A stretch of 64,000 bases of DNA, from positions 52,133 to 116,132 of the forward strand of contig OY282360.1 in assembly GCA_958295675.1 (NCBI GenBank). Direction: 5' to 3'. This stretch comes from Minisyncoccota bacterium (GTDB lineage: Bacteria; Patescibacteriota; Minisyncoccia; Phycocordibacterales; JABAAK01). Made by a program: the position numbers and the translations under genes. Every line of letters begins with the position of its first letter. Within the stretch, counting starts at the first letter, position 1. Below the pieces are notes generated by a model. That model had not been told where the DNA came from, ran no database searches, and worked only from the letters and a program-made list of their open reading frames with translations. This document shows positions 49,055 through 59,118 of the stretch, one piece after another.

Positions 49055-50386
49055 ATGTTTGATATAAAAGAAATAAAAAATGTTGTGCAGCAGATTGCGG
49101 AGACGAGACAATTATCCGAGGATGCATTATGGTCGGCGATTGAAGCGGCTTTTGCCGCGGCGTACAAAAGAGAGTATGCAAAGAACGATCAAATTATCCG
49201 AGCGCGTATCAATCGCGAGAACGGAGAATTCAATTTTTTTCAGGTGAAACAGGTTCTTGATGAGTCACAAATTCTTCCGGAGGATGAACAGTCGGAAGAT
49301 GAGGAGGAAACGCGTGTGCGGTTTAATCCGGAACGACATATGATGGTTGATGACGCGCAATTAGTCCGACAGGGTATTAAGGCAGGTGAGGAGATTCTGT
49401 TTCCGCTTGAAGTAAAGACCGATTTCGGTAGAATAGCGGCACAGTCAGCGCGACAGGCAGTAACGCAAAAGATACATGAAGCGGAACGGGAAGCTGCAAT
49501 GTCAGAGTTTGAAGGGAAAGAGCACACACTGGTGCATGGGCAGGTACAGCGCATTGAGCGTGGAAATGTGTTTGTTGATCTCGGCAGGACGGTCGCGATT
49601 CTTCCGTTTTCCGAACAAATTCGCAACGAGCGATTTAAACAAGGGGATACAATTCGCACATATATTCAGTCAATTGATACAACACGAAGAAGCGGCGGCT
49701 TTGTCCGCCTCTCCAGATCGGTGCCGGAGTTTGTTGTGAAACTGTTTGAGATGGAGGTGCCTGAGCTCATGGATGGTGTTTTAGAAATAAAAGCAATAGC
49801 CCGGGATCCTGGTGTACGGACAAAAATTGCAGTTGAAACAAAAGATCCGTCGGTTGATCCGGTGGGTTCGTTCGTTGGACAGCGTGGTGTGCGAGTAATG
49901 ACAGTGAAGAGTGAATTGGGGGGTGAACAGATTGATATTATCAATTGGTCAGAAAATGTTAATGAGTTTATCGGTGAATCATTACTGCCGGCGGAGGTAA
50001 TGGGTGTGACGGTTGATAATAATGCACAACGGGCATTAGTGCGGGTGACTGATGAGCAAATACCGATTGCCATCGGTCGCGGTGGTCAGAATATTCGGCT
50101 GGCCGCACAACTAACCAAATGGACTGTTGTTATTGTGGATAGTAGTGAGATTGAGGTTGCTCAGGCAAATCCTGAGGGTGAAATAAATATCATAAAAAAA
50201 GATGATCGTAATGCCACTCCGAACCAAAAGAAAGACGCGGCGGACGAAAAATCAGACATGGAATTGGCGGGCAATGAAGACACCAATAGTAATGGACAAA
50301 AACAAGAAAATATTACAGAAAGTGTTCCTGATGATATAGGAACAGATGAATTAAAAGAGAATGCAGATGAAAAAAAACCAGAGTGA
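49055..50386 (+). CDS. nusA: Transcription termination factor NusA
   Basis: FGRIAAQSARQ, LSRS, ARDPGVRTKIAV, DPVGSFVGQRG, AIGRGGQNIRLA. Confidence 0.96.
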   Translation: MFDIKEIKNVVQQIAETRQLSEDALWSAIEAAFAAAYKREYAKNDQIIRARINRENGEFNFFQVKQVLDESQILPEDEQSEDEEETRVRFNPERHMMVDDAQLVRQGIKAGEEILFPLEVKTDFGRIAAQSARQAVTQKIHEAEREAAMSEFEGKEHTLVHGQVQRIERGNVFVDLGRTVAILPFSEQIRNERFKQGDTIRTYIQSIDTTRRSGGFVRLSRSVPEFVVKLFEMEVPELMDGVLEIKAIARDPGVRTKIAVETKDPSVDPVGSFVGQRGVRVMTVKSELGGEQIDIINWSENVNEFIGESLLPAEVMGVTVDNNAQRALVRVTDEQIPIAIGRGGQNIRLAAQLTKWTVVIVDSSEIEVAQANPEGEINIIKKDDRNATPNQKKDAADEKSDMELAGNEDTNSNGQKQENITESVPDDIGTDELKENADEKKPE

Positions 50387-50473
50387 AATCGGAACAGGAG
50401 AAAGAAAATACCAAGTAAATAAAGGGTATTTTGTGCCTTTGCGAAATATGAATCCATGGTATACTAAAAGCGC

Positions 50474-50998
50474 ATGAACTTATTGCACGATGTTGATCCA
50501 GGGGATAGTGATGTGATACATGCGATTATTGAAATCCCCCGTGGATCGAAAAATAAGTACGAAATAGATAAGGAAACCGGTTTTATTACTTTAGACCGGG
50601 CAATGCATACGGCGCAGGACTATCCTGTTGATTATGGGTTTGTGCCGCAGACCTTATGGGATGACAATGATGCACTTGATATTGCAGTTATCACAACCTA
50701 CCCACTATACCCCGGCATTATGGTACGCGCCCGTCCGGTGGGCATTATCCGGATGATTGATGATGGGGAGAGTGATGATAAGGTGATCAGTGTGCCGGTG
50801 GACGACCCAAGATTTGATGAGGTGCAGGATATACAGAATGTAAATAAACATAGGGTACTGGAGATACAACATTTTTTCAGCACATACAAACAGATGCAGA
50901 ACAAGGTGGTAACCATACAAGGTGTCGGCACCGCAGCCGAAGCAAAACAGGCATTTGAACGCGCTTGTAAGATGTACAAAGAAAGCCTAACCAAGTAA
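50474..50998 (+). CDS. ppa: Inorganic pyrophosphatase (family I)
   Basis: EIPRGSKNKYE, YGFVPQT, DDNDALD, DDKVI. Confidence 0.95.
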   Translation: MNLLHDVDPGDSDVIHAIIEIPRGSKNKYEIDKETGFITLDRAMHTAQDYPVDYGFVPQTLWDDNDALDIAVITTYPLYPGIMVRARPVGIIRMIDDGESDDKVISVPVDDPRFDEVQDIQNVNKHRVLEIQHFFSTYKQMQNKVVTIQGVGTAAEAKQAFERACKMYKESLTK

Positions 50999-51006
50999 TA
51001 TCTGAC

Positions 51007-51651
51007 ATGTTTATACACCACGAAAATAACACAAGGGATCATACTGGCGGTATGCGCATTTCTGATGCGGTGGTGCTGGTGGTGATAGTGTGTATATTTG
51101 TTTCACCAGTACTTATACTGCCGCTATTTCGCGTGCTTGCGGAGACAGTAGTGGTACAACAGGAGCAGATTGACACATTGGAGACCACGATAAACCACAA
51201 GGACTATAACATACTGTTGTCGTCATTGTTCGGTCGTGTGCAGCGTGATGTTTCTGATGAGGCGCACGACTATGTGCGGGATATTGATGAATACCGTATC
51301 AGGGTTGCACGCGGTGTTGAGGAGAATAATGAACTGCTTGCAGCTGTTTCAGTGCTTATACAGGATTATCCGAAGCAATTGGCGGACGGTTATCGTGAAG
51401 AGATAGAACAATTACAGAGAAAGGTGCAGAAACACAAACAGACCCTCCTGCCATACATAGAGAATGATGTATTTCTCAGTGATGCGGTGGTAGATTATTT
51501 TGATTTATATCCGTCTATTGTTGAGCGGTTAATCGGACAGGTAAAACGGAATACATCAGTTGATTATTTGAATGCGATACGGCAGGATTCATACACACTG
51601 CGCCGGGAGATTACTGTTCTGTATGCACGGGCGCGTGATGTGCTGCGTTAA
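51007..51651 (+). CDS. Membrane-anchored helical hypothetical protein
   Basis: TM plus coiled-coil-like region. Confidence 0.65.
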   Translation: MFIHHENNTRDHTGGMRISDAVVLVVIVCIFVSPVLILPLFRVLAETVVVQQEQIDTLETTINHKDYNILLSSLFGRVQRDVSDEAHDYVRDIDEYRIRVARGVEENNELLAAVSVLIQDYPKQLADGYREEIEQLQRKVQKHKQTLLPYIENDVFLSDAVVDYFDLYPSIVERLIGQVKRNTSVDYLNAIRQDSYTLRREITVLYARARDVLR

Positions 51652-51693
51652 TAACACATCATAAAGTTGCTTAAACTATAGCAAAGGTGTATC

Positions 51694-51999
51694 GTGCAGG
51701 TGATGGAGCGTAAAAAAGACCGATCAACCTATAGCGCAATCTTTGCAGTTCTCTTGATTGTCCTTATCATTGTCATTATCGGTTATAGTGCAGTGCAGGA
51801 TATTGTGCGCGACTGGAAAGATGGATTCGGAGATCAAGTAACAGCGGTAAATACCACAGATGTTCCGTCAGAGAGCACAGTGCTTTATGAAAATCTGTCT
51901 GATGAGGAGGCAGATCAGATTATTAAAGAACTACTGCAGTCGGGAAAGACAAACTTAGAGAGAATAGAAGAGATAGAATCAATAATTTTAGATAAATAA
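51694..51999 (+). CDS. Small single-TM hypothetical protein
   Basis: TM plus acidic tail; stop overlaps tig start. Confidence 0.6.
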   Translation: MQVMERKKDRSTYSAIFAVLLIVLIIVIIGYSAVQDIVRDWKDGFGDQVTAVNTTDVPSESTVLYENLSDEEADQIIKELLQSGKTNLERIEEIESIILDK

Positions 52000-53102
52000 T
52001 GAATACAGCACAACAAACATTTTCATTGGAAATTCAAAAGGATGAAGAAAGGTCGCATGCCGAAATAACAGGCACAGTTCCGAGAGAGAAGATAGAGGAG
52101 GTCCGCACATCTGTTTTGGAGCGTTTGCAGAAACAGAAGAAGATAGATGGATTCCGGGACGGCACTGCACCGCTTGATATCGTTGAACGCACAGTTGGTT
52201 CACTGGAAGTGTGGCGACAGAGCACACATGAAGTGATCATGCGCCATTTTCCTGAGATAGTCGCGGAAGAGGGATTGGCACCGCTCGGCTCTCCGAATTT
52301 ACAACTTACCAGCATGCCGGTTAATGGTGATGTCGCGTTTCGCATTAGTTTTTTCACAATGCCGAAAGTGACCTTGCCCGACTATGCGGCGATTGTAAGA
52401 GCGATGGATGATCCTAAGTCACCGGAACCTGCAACCGATGAGGAAGTACAACAGATAGTGAATGATGTTCGCAGAAGTTTATATAAAAAAGCGCATCTGG
52501 AAAAACAACCACCAACTGACGAGAAAGATCTTCCGGAACTTACTGATGAATACATTCAGGAGATATCGCAGCAGTACAAAGACAGGGAAAGTTTTCTGAA
52601 AGGAGTCCGAGAATCCATTACCGCAGAGAAGAAAATGCAGGCACGCGCGATGTTCCGGGAAAGCATGTTGGATGCGATTATCGCCAAGACAGCGATTACA
52701 ATACCGGATGTTGTGGTTGAAGAGGACAGTAAAAGGGCGTATATGGACCTTGAAAAACAAGCAGAGCGTCTCGGTACCACGATAGCACAATACCTCAAGG
52801 AACAAAATATTAATGAGGAACAGTTGCGCGGACAACTTAAAGAGGAATCAAAAAAGCGGGCACACTTGCAATTGGTGATGAATGCCATCAGCGCGAAAGA
52901 GCATATTCATCCGGACAGCAAGGATGTTGAGAAGGAGGTTGCGCGATTTAGGGATCGTGCGGGTGACATGACTGATGAGCAAGTGCATACCTATATTGAA
53001 TCAATTTTAACAAACGAGGCAGTGATGCAGTTTTTGGAAAAACAACAGGGAAAAGAGCATGATGCGCAAGGGAACCCGCCGCAAAATACCGCCAGTGGAT
53101 AA
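51999..53102 (+). CDS. tig: Trigger factor (short, reduced FKBP domain)
   Basis: IDGFRDGTAP ribosome-binding motif, LPELTDEY; precedes clpP. Confidence 0.88.
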   Translation: MNTAQQTFSLEIQKDEERSHAEITGTVPREKIEEVRTSVLERLQKQKKIDGFRDGTAPLDIVERTVGSLEVWRQSTHEVIMRHFPEIVAEEGLAPLGSPNLQLTSMPVNGDVAFRISFFTMPKVTLPDYAAIVRAMDDPKSPEPATDEEVQQIVNDVRRSLYKKAHLEKQPPTDEKDLPELTDEYIQEISQQYKDRESFLKGVRESITAEKKMQARAMFRESMLDAIIAKTAITIPDVVVEEDSKRAYMDLEKQAERLGTTIAQYLKEQNINEEQLRGQLKEESKKRAHLQLVMNAISAKEHIHPDSKDVEKEVARFRDRAGDMTDEQVHTYIESILTNEAVMQFLEKQQGKEHDAQGNPPQNTASG

Positions 53103-53135
53103 CATCTCTTGTTTTATGCTACACTGCGTGTACGT

Positions 53136-53714
53136 ATGAGTTTAATTATCCCAACTGTTATTGAGCAGACCAGCACCGGTACCCGTGCGTATGACATCTA
53201 TTCCCGTCTTTTGAATGATAGGATTATTTTTCTCGGCGGACCGATTGATGATCACAGTGCAAATCTCATTGTTGCACAGTTGTTGCTCCTTGATTCTCAG
53301 AATAAAGAGAAACCGATGCATCTCTACATTAATTCTCCGGGCGGTTCTGTCACTGCGGCAATGGCAATACTGGACACAATGAACCATGTGAAGGCCGATG
53401 TGGCGACAGTGTGTGTGGGGCTTGCAGCATCGGCGGGCGCGGTAATTCTTGCCAGTGGCGCGCGCGGAAAACGATCAGCATTAAAGAACGCCGAAATTAT
53501 GATCCATCAACCCCACGGAGGTGTGGAAGGTCAGGTGACGGATATCGCTATTGCGGCGAAGCGGATGCATGATATCAAGACACGAATGAACAAGATTTTG
53601 GCGAAGATAACAGAAAAAAGCGTGGAACAAATCGCAAAGGATGTTGAACGGGACAACTATATGACTGCAGACGAGGCAAAAAAGTACGGCTTAATAGACA
53701 AAATTCATAGTTAG
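53136..53714 (+). CDS. clpP: ATP-dependent Clp protease proteolytic subunit
   Basis: [26 protein letters not shown]. Confidence 0.96.
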   Translation: MSLIIPTVIEQTSTGTRAYDIYSRLLNDRIIFLGGPIDDHSANLIVAQLLLLDSQNKEKPMHLYINSPGGSVTAAMAILDTMNHVKADVATVCVGLAASAGAVILASGARGKRSALKNAEIMIHQPHGGVEGQVTDIAIAAKRMHDIKTRMNKILAKITEKSVEQIAKDVERDNYMTADEAKKYGLIDKIHS

Positions 53715-53839
53715 TATTGTAATAGGTATCCAAAGACGGAAATAGTGAATATATACAATATGTCCACCAACCTATTTTTCCTTTGCTATACTTATGACAT
53801 GGGCAAAAGCCCTCGTTACAAGAAATAAAATATAGCTAT

Positions 53840-54115
53840 ATGATAAATAAAGCAAACTTGATTGAGAAAGTGCAGGAGGAAAACGATTTTACCAAAGCAC
53901 AGGCGGAGCAAATTGTTGATATGATATTTGACTGCATTGTGGACGAGGTGAAAAAAGGTAGCACTGTTTCCGTTGCCGGCTTTGGTATTTTTGAGGCAAA
54001 AAAACGAGCTGCACGAATGGGGCGAAATCCGAAGACAGGTGAAACCATTCAAATCAAGGCATCTACTTCTCCGAAGTTTCGCCCGGCAAAGGCATTCAAG
54101 GAGGCGGTTAACTAA
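53840..54115 (+). CDS. hup: DNA-binding protein HU
   Basis: GFGIF, GRNPKTGE, PKFRP. Confidence 0.95.
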   Translation: MINKANLIEKVQEENDFTKAQAEQIVDMIFDCIVDEVKKGSTVSVAGFGIFEAKKRAARMGRNPKTGETIQIKASTSPKFRPAKAFKEAVN

Positions 54116-54136
54116 AGGTGTCGCAAAAAGCATGCT

Positions 54137-54170
54137 ATATACAACGACCGCACCTGCGGTCGTTGTATAT
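54137..54170 (+). terminator. Terminator hairpin after HU
   Basis: ATATACAACGACCGCA-CC-TGCGGTCGTTGTATAT. Confidence 0.75.
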
Positions 54171-54208
54171 TATTTAAGTGTAAAAATTAAGCGTATACTA
54201 ATACATAT

Positions 54209-54913
54209 ATGCGGTCTGTACTCATTCATAACTGGAAAACATATATACCATCTGAAGATGCGGCTGTTGCACTTGCTGCTGCGTTACATGCACCGACTGA
54301 TACACTTTTGGTTGTCTGTCCATCCGCAGTGCATATACCCGTGATTAGGGAACACCTTTCAGGAAAAGGGATACATCTCGGAGCGCAGGATATTAGCGTT
54401 TCACGTGAAACACCGCAGACAGGCAGGTTATCAGGGGATCAACTCACTGATATGGGCGTACAGCATGTCATTGTAGGACATGCGGAAACCAGAGCAAACG
54501 GAGTGATTAATGCTATGGTTGTAGAAAAGGTAAAACATGCTACGGCAACAGGTATAACGCCAATTATCTGTATAAGCGAGCAAAAGAAGGATGAACCGTC
54601 AATAGGGGATGAGGTAGTCGGACAACTGCAAGAAATTGTGGAAAAAACTGACTCTATAGAACAAAGCATCATCGCGTATGAACCAACCGCGCACATTGGT
54701 GCGGAAAACGCACTTGATACGCAGGCGATAGGGGTTATAACAGCACGATTGCGCGATGTGCTGAAGAAAGACAGTATCCCCATACTCTATGGCGGGTCTG
54801 TTGATGCTGACAATGCGGTAGATATTATGAAAAATGGCGGGGTAAACGGCTTTCTGCTCGGACGGGCAAGTGTCAAGGCGGACACAGCAAATGCTATAAC
54901 CGCATTATTTTAA
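54209..54913 (+). CDS. tpiA: Triosephosphate isomerase
   Basis: NWK, GAQD, VGHAETR, AYEP, LYGGSV. Confidence 0.9.
   Translation: MRSVLIHNWKTYIPSEDAAVALAAALHAPTDTLLVVCPSAVHIPVIREHLSGKGIHLGAQDISVSRETPQTGRLSGDQLTDMGVQHVIVGHAETRANGVINAMVVEKVKHATATGITPIICISEQKKDEPSIGDEVVGQLQEIVEKTDSIEQSIIAYEPTAHIGAENALDTQAIGVITARLRDVLKKDSIPILYGGSVDADNAVDIMKNGGVNGFLLGRASVKADTANAITALF
54397..54412. promoter_or_regulatory. parS site inside tpiA
   Basis: CGTTTCACGTGAAACA (15/16 match), encodes VSRET. Confidence 0.8.
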
Positions 54914-54915
54914 CT

Positions 54916-56094
54916 ATGTTACTGCCCACCATACAACAAAAACACATACCAAGCGGTACCCAGGTGCTTATCCGAACTGCGCTTAATGTGCCGATAGAGA
55001 ATGGTGAAGTAATCAGTATGTTTCGCTTATACAGTGCTTTGCCGACAATTAAATTTCTCAAAGAAAAAGGTGCGCGTATCACCTTAATAAGCCATCTCAG
55101 CGACGAGACCGCATCACTCGCACCAGTGCATCAAATGCTCAACAAATTCATACCCGTCTCATTCATTCCGCACCTGACAGGAGAAGCGCCGTTTGCGGCA
55201 CGGCAACAACTGCAGCCGGGTGAAGTGCTTCTCCTTGAAAATACAAGGCACGATAAGCGAGAAAAACAGAACGACAGTCTGTTTGCTGAAGAACTTGCCG
55301 CAAATGCAGATATGTTCGTGTTTGATGATTTTACTGCAGCACATCGCGAGCACACCTCAACAACCGGAGTTATGGAATATCTCCCGCCGTATGCCGGTAT
55401 AAGGTTTTATGAAGAAGTGACCGCACTTTTACGCATAACAGAACGGCTTGAAAGACCGGCGGTCGCGGTACTCGGCGGTGCGAAATGTGAGACAAAAATT
55501 CCATTGATAGCGGAACTTGTGGAAACATATGACACGATATTCGTCAGTGGTGTCATCGCCAACACTCTGCTGAAGCATCGCGGACACAATATCGGCAATT
55601 CAAGGGTAGAAGATGTAGAAATACCGAAAGAAGTTGCTGAGGCAAACAATATCATACTCCCACAGGAAGTTGTCGTTACAAAAGATTTCATGAAGACGCG
55701 TATGGTACCGCTGGAAAAGGTGGAGGAGGATGACACCATCGTTGATGTTGGTGATCAGGTACTGAAAATAATGCAGTATCATTTTGAAAAAGCAAAAACC
55801 ATTGTGATGAACGGACCGACCAGCTGGTATGAAAAAGGATTTACAAAACAGACCGTACTGATAACAGAGATGGTGCGGCAATCAAACGCATATAGTTTTC
55901 TCGGTGGCGGTGATATTGTCGGCTTGCTTGAACAGAGAGACATGCTGAAAGGATTAATGTTTGTTTCAACCGGAGGCGGCTCATTGCTTGAATATTTAGC
56001 GAGCGGCACACTACCGGTCTTACGCGCATTTGAAAAGAAAATACAGGACAGGCAGATGCTCGGTGAAATGGTTCAGGAAACAAATCATATATAA
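54916..56094 (+). CDS. pgk: Phosphoglycerate kinase (divergent)
   Basis: LNVP, LLENTR, AHR, GGAK, NGP, GGGD, STGGG. Confidence 0.88.
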   Translation: MLLPTIQQKHIPSGTQVLIRTALNVPIENGEVISMFRLYSALPTIKFLKEKGARITLISHLSDETASLAPVHQMLNKFIPVSFIPHLTGEAPFAARQQLQPGEVLLLENTRHDKREKQNDSLFAEELAANADMFVFDDFTAAHREHTSTTGVMEYLPPYAGIRFYEEVTALLRITERLERPAVAVLGGAKCETKIPLIAELVETYDTIFVSGVIANTLLKHRGHNIGNSRVEDVEIPKEVAEANNIILPQEVVVTKDFMKTRMVPLEKVEEDDTIVDVGDQVLKIMQYHFEKAKTIVMNGPTSWYEKGFTKQTVLITEMVRQSNAYSFLGGGDIVGLLEQRDMLKGLMFVSTGGGSLLEYLASGTLPVLRAFEKKIQDRQMLGEMVQETNHI

Positions 56095-56109
56095 TGATAT
56101 TCTGAAAAT

Positions 56110-56946
56110 ATGAATAAAAAGATACTTATTCTTATCGCCGGCATTGCCATCATCACACTTTTTTATTGTTCAGCAACCACACTGTACCGGCATATATTTT
56201 CAGAAGAAGCGATGCCTCTTGATGAGCACATACACCTGCTTGAGCCGTTTCTTGAGGTGATTCGACCGGCGGACATTATAGGCAAAACACCAGTTGTGGT
56301 AATTGTACCCGGCTGTCTGCACACCGTCAGCCATAATCCCTCGTGGCATGATCTCTTTCTGGAATCAGGTTATGCAGTGGTCATAATGGACAGTTTTACT
56401 CCGAGAGATTTGGAGGGTGATGCGCTGGAGAGGGTATGCTCATTACTTGCTGTGCCGGGATTTGACAGGGCAGGCGACATGTACGCAACTGTGGAGTATC
56501 TCAGACGACAGGATTGGGTTGATGCGGACCGTATTGCACTCGCCGGCTGGTCTCATGGCGGATGGGCGGTGATGGATGCGATGGCATTTTACGAAGAGCG
56601 AAAAAATCCATACAACATATCAGGAGAGATACCCAATCACCTTGATGGTGTGAGCGCTATTTTCATTGTGTACCCGCATTGCGGATTCGGTACCGCGGCA
56701 CATAACGGCTTTTTATGGAGCAAACGCATCCCGACGCTTATACTTATCGCAGGACAGGATCGTGGAGTGGATCCTGAAAAATGTATCAAATGGCACAACA
56801 AGCAAGAAAACCCTAATCTGCGGTTCACGATTCTTGAGAATGCGGAGCACACTTTTGATATTCCTGCACCGTACAACAGAGATCCGGTCCGATTTTCAGA
56901 GGAGTACTTGCGCGAAGCGATGAATATGGTACGCAATCTACTCTGA
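56110..56946 (+). CDS. Dienelactone hydrolase-family alpha/beta hydrolase
   Basis: GWSHGG nucleophile elbow, YPHC, AEHTFD; N-terminal anchor. Confidence 0.8.
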   Translation: MNKKILILIAGIAIITLFYCSATTLYRHIFSEEAMPLDEHIHLLEPFLEVIRPADIIGKTPVVVIVPGCLHTVSHNPSWHDLFLESGYAVVIMDSFTPRDLEGDALERVCSLLAVPGFDRAGDMYATVEYLRRQDWVDADRIALAGWSHGGWAVMDAMAFYEERKNPYNISGEIPNHLDGVSAIFIVYPHCGFGTAAHNGFLWSKRIPTLILIAGQDRGVDPEKCIKWHNKQENPNLRFTILENAEHTFDIPAPYNRDPVRFSEEYLREAMNMVRNLL

Positions 56947-57372
56947 CTCTTTATATTGTGATTTAACCATATCGGCGATTTGTTGTGCAATTTTCACCTG
57001 TTCTTCATCACTTTCATACTTTGTGTGGGGCAATCTGCCGAATTCAGTTTTATTGAATCGGGGAATAATATGAAAATGTAAATGGAATACTTCTTGTCCC
57101 GCCTCCGATCCGTTGTTTGAGATGATATTGATACCCGGCGCACCGGTTGCCTTTTTCACCGCATCGGCAACTACAACAATTGCCCGCATAAGATCGCCGG
57201 CGGCGATGTCGGAGAGCGTATGTATGTCTTTTATCGGTTTCTTCGGTATCACCAATGTGTGTCCTTTATGTACCGGGTTGATATCTAAAAATGCAAGCAC
57301 GGTGTCGGTCTCATATACCTTGCTTGCAGGAATTTCTCCGTTAATAATTTTTTGAAATATTGTCTCTGCCAT
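56938..57372 (-). CDS. HIT family nucleotide hydrolase
   Basis: FLDINP, GHTLVIPK, HLHFHIIPR. Confidence 0.93.
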   Translation of the reverse strand: MAETIFQKIINGEIPASKVYETDTVLAFLDINPVHKGHTLVIPKKPIKDIHTLSDIAAGDLMRAIVVVADAVKKATGAPGINIISNNGSEAGQEVFHLHFHIIPRFNKTEFGRLPHTKYESDEEQVKIAQQIADMVKSQYKESE

Positions 57373-57425
57373 ACATGGTTCAGTATAGCCGATTCGTAGT
57401 AAGGACACATGCTACCATGCGTATA

Positions 57426-59117
57426 ATGTATTCTGTAAGGGAGAATCCGCCTCAGGATATTCAAAAAACACTTGAAGGGCATGATGAACTCACCCAGCGT
57501 CTGCTCTATGCGCGAGGCATCACCACTCAAAAAGATGCAGATCTATTTCTCCGTAAAGTATGGGAGGATATTAATCCGTATATATATGCCGATATGCGCA
57601 AGGCGGCAGAACGCATACTTACTGCCGTGGCAAAAAAAGAGATTATCGGCATATATGGTGATTATGATTGTGACGGTATACCGGCAGCGGCAGCACTGTA
57701 TTCAACTCTCAGGGCGTTCGGACATAACGACATTGTGTACCATGTGCCGGACCGAAACAGAGATGGGTTTGGTCTGAACACCAAAGGCATACAGCATCTT
57801 ATTGACAGCGGCGTGACTGTAGCGTGTATTCTTGATTGCGGAACTTCAGATCCTGATGGTATTGCGCAGATGCGAACTGCGGGAATTGACACGGTGGTTA
57901 TAGATCACCATTTACCCGGCAAAACAGTACCTGATACATTCGCCATGCTGAATCCGACATTAGAAAAAGAAATATCTGAACCGCATCCATGCGCCGCCGG
58001 TATTACCTATTTCTTCATCCAAGCTCTTATTCTGCAGGCACAGGATATGCCGCTTGCTGTAAAACCGAAGCCGGGCTGGGAAAAATGGCAGTTAGATGTG
58101 GTGTGTTTAGCAACATTATCAGACATGGTGCCGTTACGCGGTATCAACAGACAAATTGCCCACTACGGTCTCTCGGTTATGCGAAAGAGTCCGCGCCCGG
58201 GTATTCACGCGCTTTGCGAAGATCTCAAAATTAATCAGCGGCAGATCACGCAGGATGACCTCACCTTTCTCATTGTTCCGCGCATCAATGCGGCATCCCG
58301 TATGGGTGATGCCCGCATCGCGTTCAATCTTCTCACTTCAGATGATGTGGTTGAGGCAAAAGAATTAGTAAAAATACTCACCAAACTGAATAATAAAAGA
58401 AAAACAACTGTGGCAACTATGGTGCGCGAAACACATAAACATGCGGAAAAAAAGAATGAGAATAAGGCGGTGTGGGTATTCGGCAACCGCACATGGAAAC
58501 CATCCCTTGTCGGATTGGTCGCGCAGAAACTGGTAGAAACATATGGCAAAACGATATTTGTGTGGGGACAGGAAGATAGTCGTGAGAAATCGGTTATTAG
58601 AGGGTCATGCAGATCAGCAAAGCACAACACTTTCAATATGATGCAGGAAATACCGGATCTTTTTGTTGAAGCGGGCGGTCATGCACAGGCAGGAGGATTT
58701 ACACTTACAGAAGCAGCTGAAATTACACTTGAAGATCGGTTAAATGAGACGCTCGCGTGCAAGCAAGAGGAAACATCCGTGTATTATGTTGACAGTGAAT
58801 GTGTGATTGGCGATATACAGCGGCTTCTGTCGCTTTGTGAGCGTTTCGCGCCATTTGGTGCGGAAAATGAGCAGGTGCGGGTCGCAATACCGAAATGCAC
58901 GGTACGCAGGCAGATTTGGTTCGGGAAGAATAAAGAGCATATACGGTATGTATTTTCAGATGATACCGGCGAGGTAGACGGCATATCGTTCTTTGCTGGA
59001 AAAAAGGAGGATGGTGAAACACTGGAACGCGCGTCCTTACGCGCTGTAATCGGTCTGCTTGAATGGGATTTTTTTAGAAACCGACCGCGTGTGCGGGTAA
59101 AAGATATTGTGCGGTAG
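57426..59117 (+). CDS. recJ: Single-stranded-DNA exonuclease RecJ
   Basis: GDYDCDG, LDCG, IDHH, PRINAASR, GGHAQAGG, APFG. Confidence 0.93.
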   Translation: MYSVRENPPQDIQKTLEGHDELTQRLLYARGITTQKDADLFLRKVWEDINPYIYADMRKAAERILTAVAKKEIIGIYGDYDCDGIPAAAALYSTLRAFGHNDIVYHVPDRNRDGFGLNTKGIQHLIDSGVTVACILDCGTSDPDGIAQMRTAGIDTVVIDHHLPGKTVPDTFAMLNPTLEKEISEPHPCAAGITYFFIQALILQAQDMPLAVKPKPGWEKWQLDVVCLATLSDMVPLRGINRQIAHYGLSVMRKSPRPGIHALCEDLKINQRQITQDDLTFLIVPRINAASRMGDARIAFNLLTSDDVVEAKELVKILTKLNNKRKTTVATMVRETHKHAEKKNENKAVWVFGNRTWKPSLVGLVAQKLVETYGKTIFVWGQEDSREKSVIRGSCRSAKHNTFNMMQEIPDLFVEAGGHAQAGGFTLTEAAEITLEDRLNETLACKQEETSVYYVDSECVIGDIQRLLSLCERFAPFGAENEQVRVAIPKCTVRRQIWFGKNKEHIRYVFSDDTGEVDGISFFAGKKEDGETLERASLRAVIGLLEWDFFRNRPRVRVKDIVR

Positions 59118-59118
59118 C

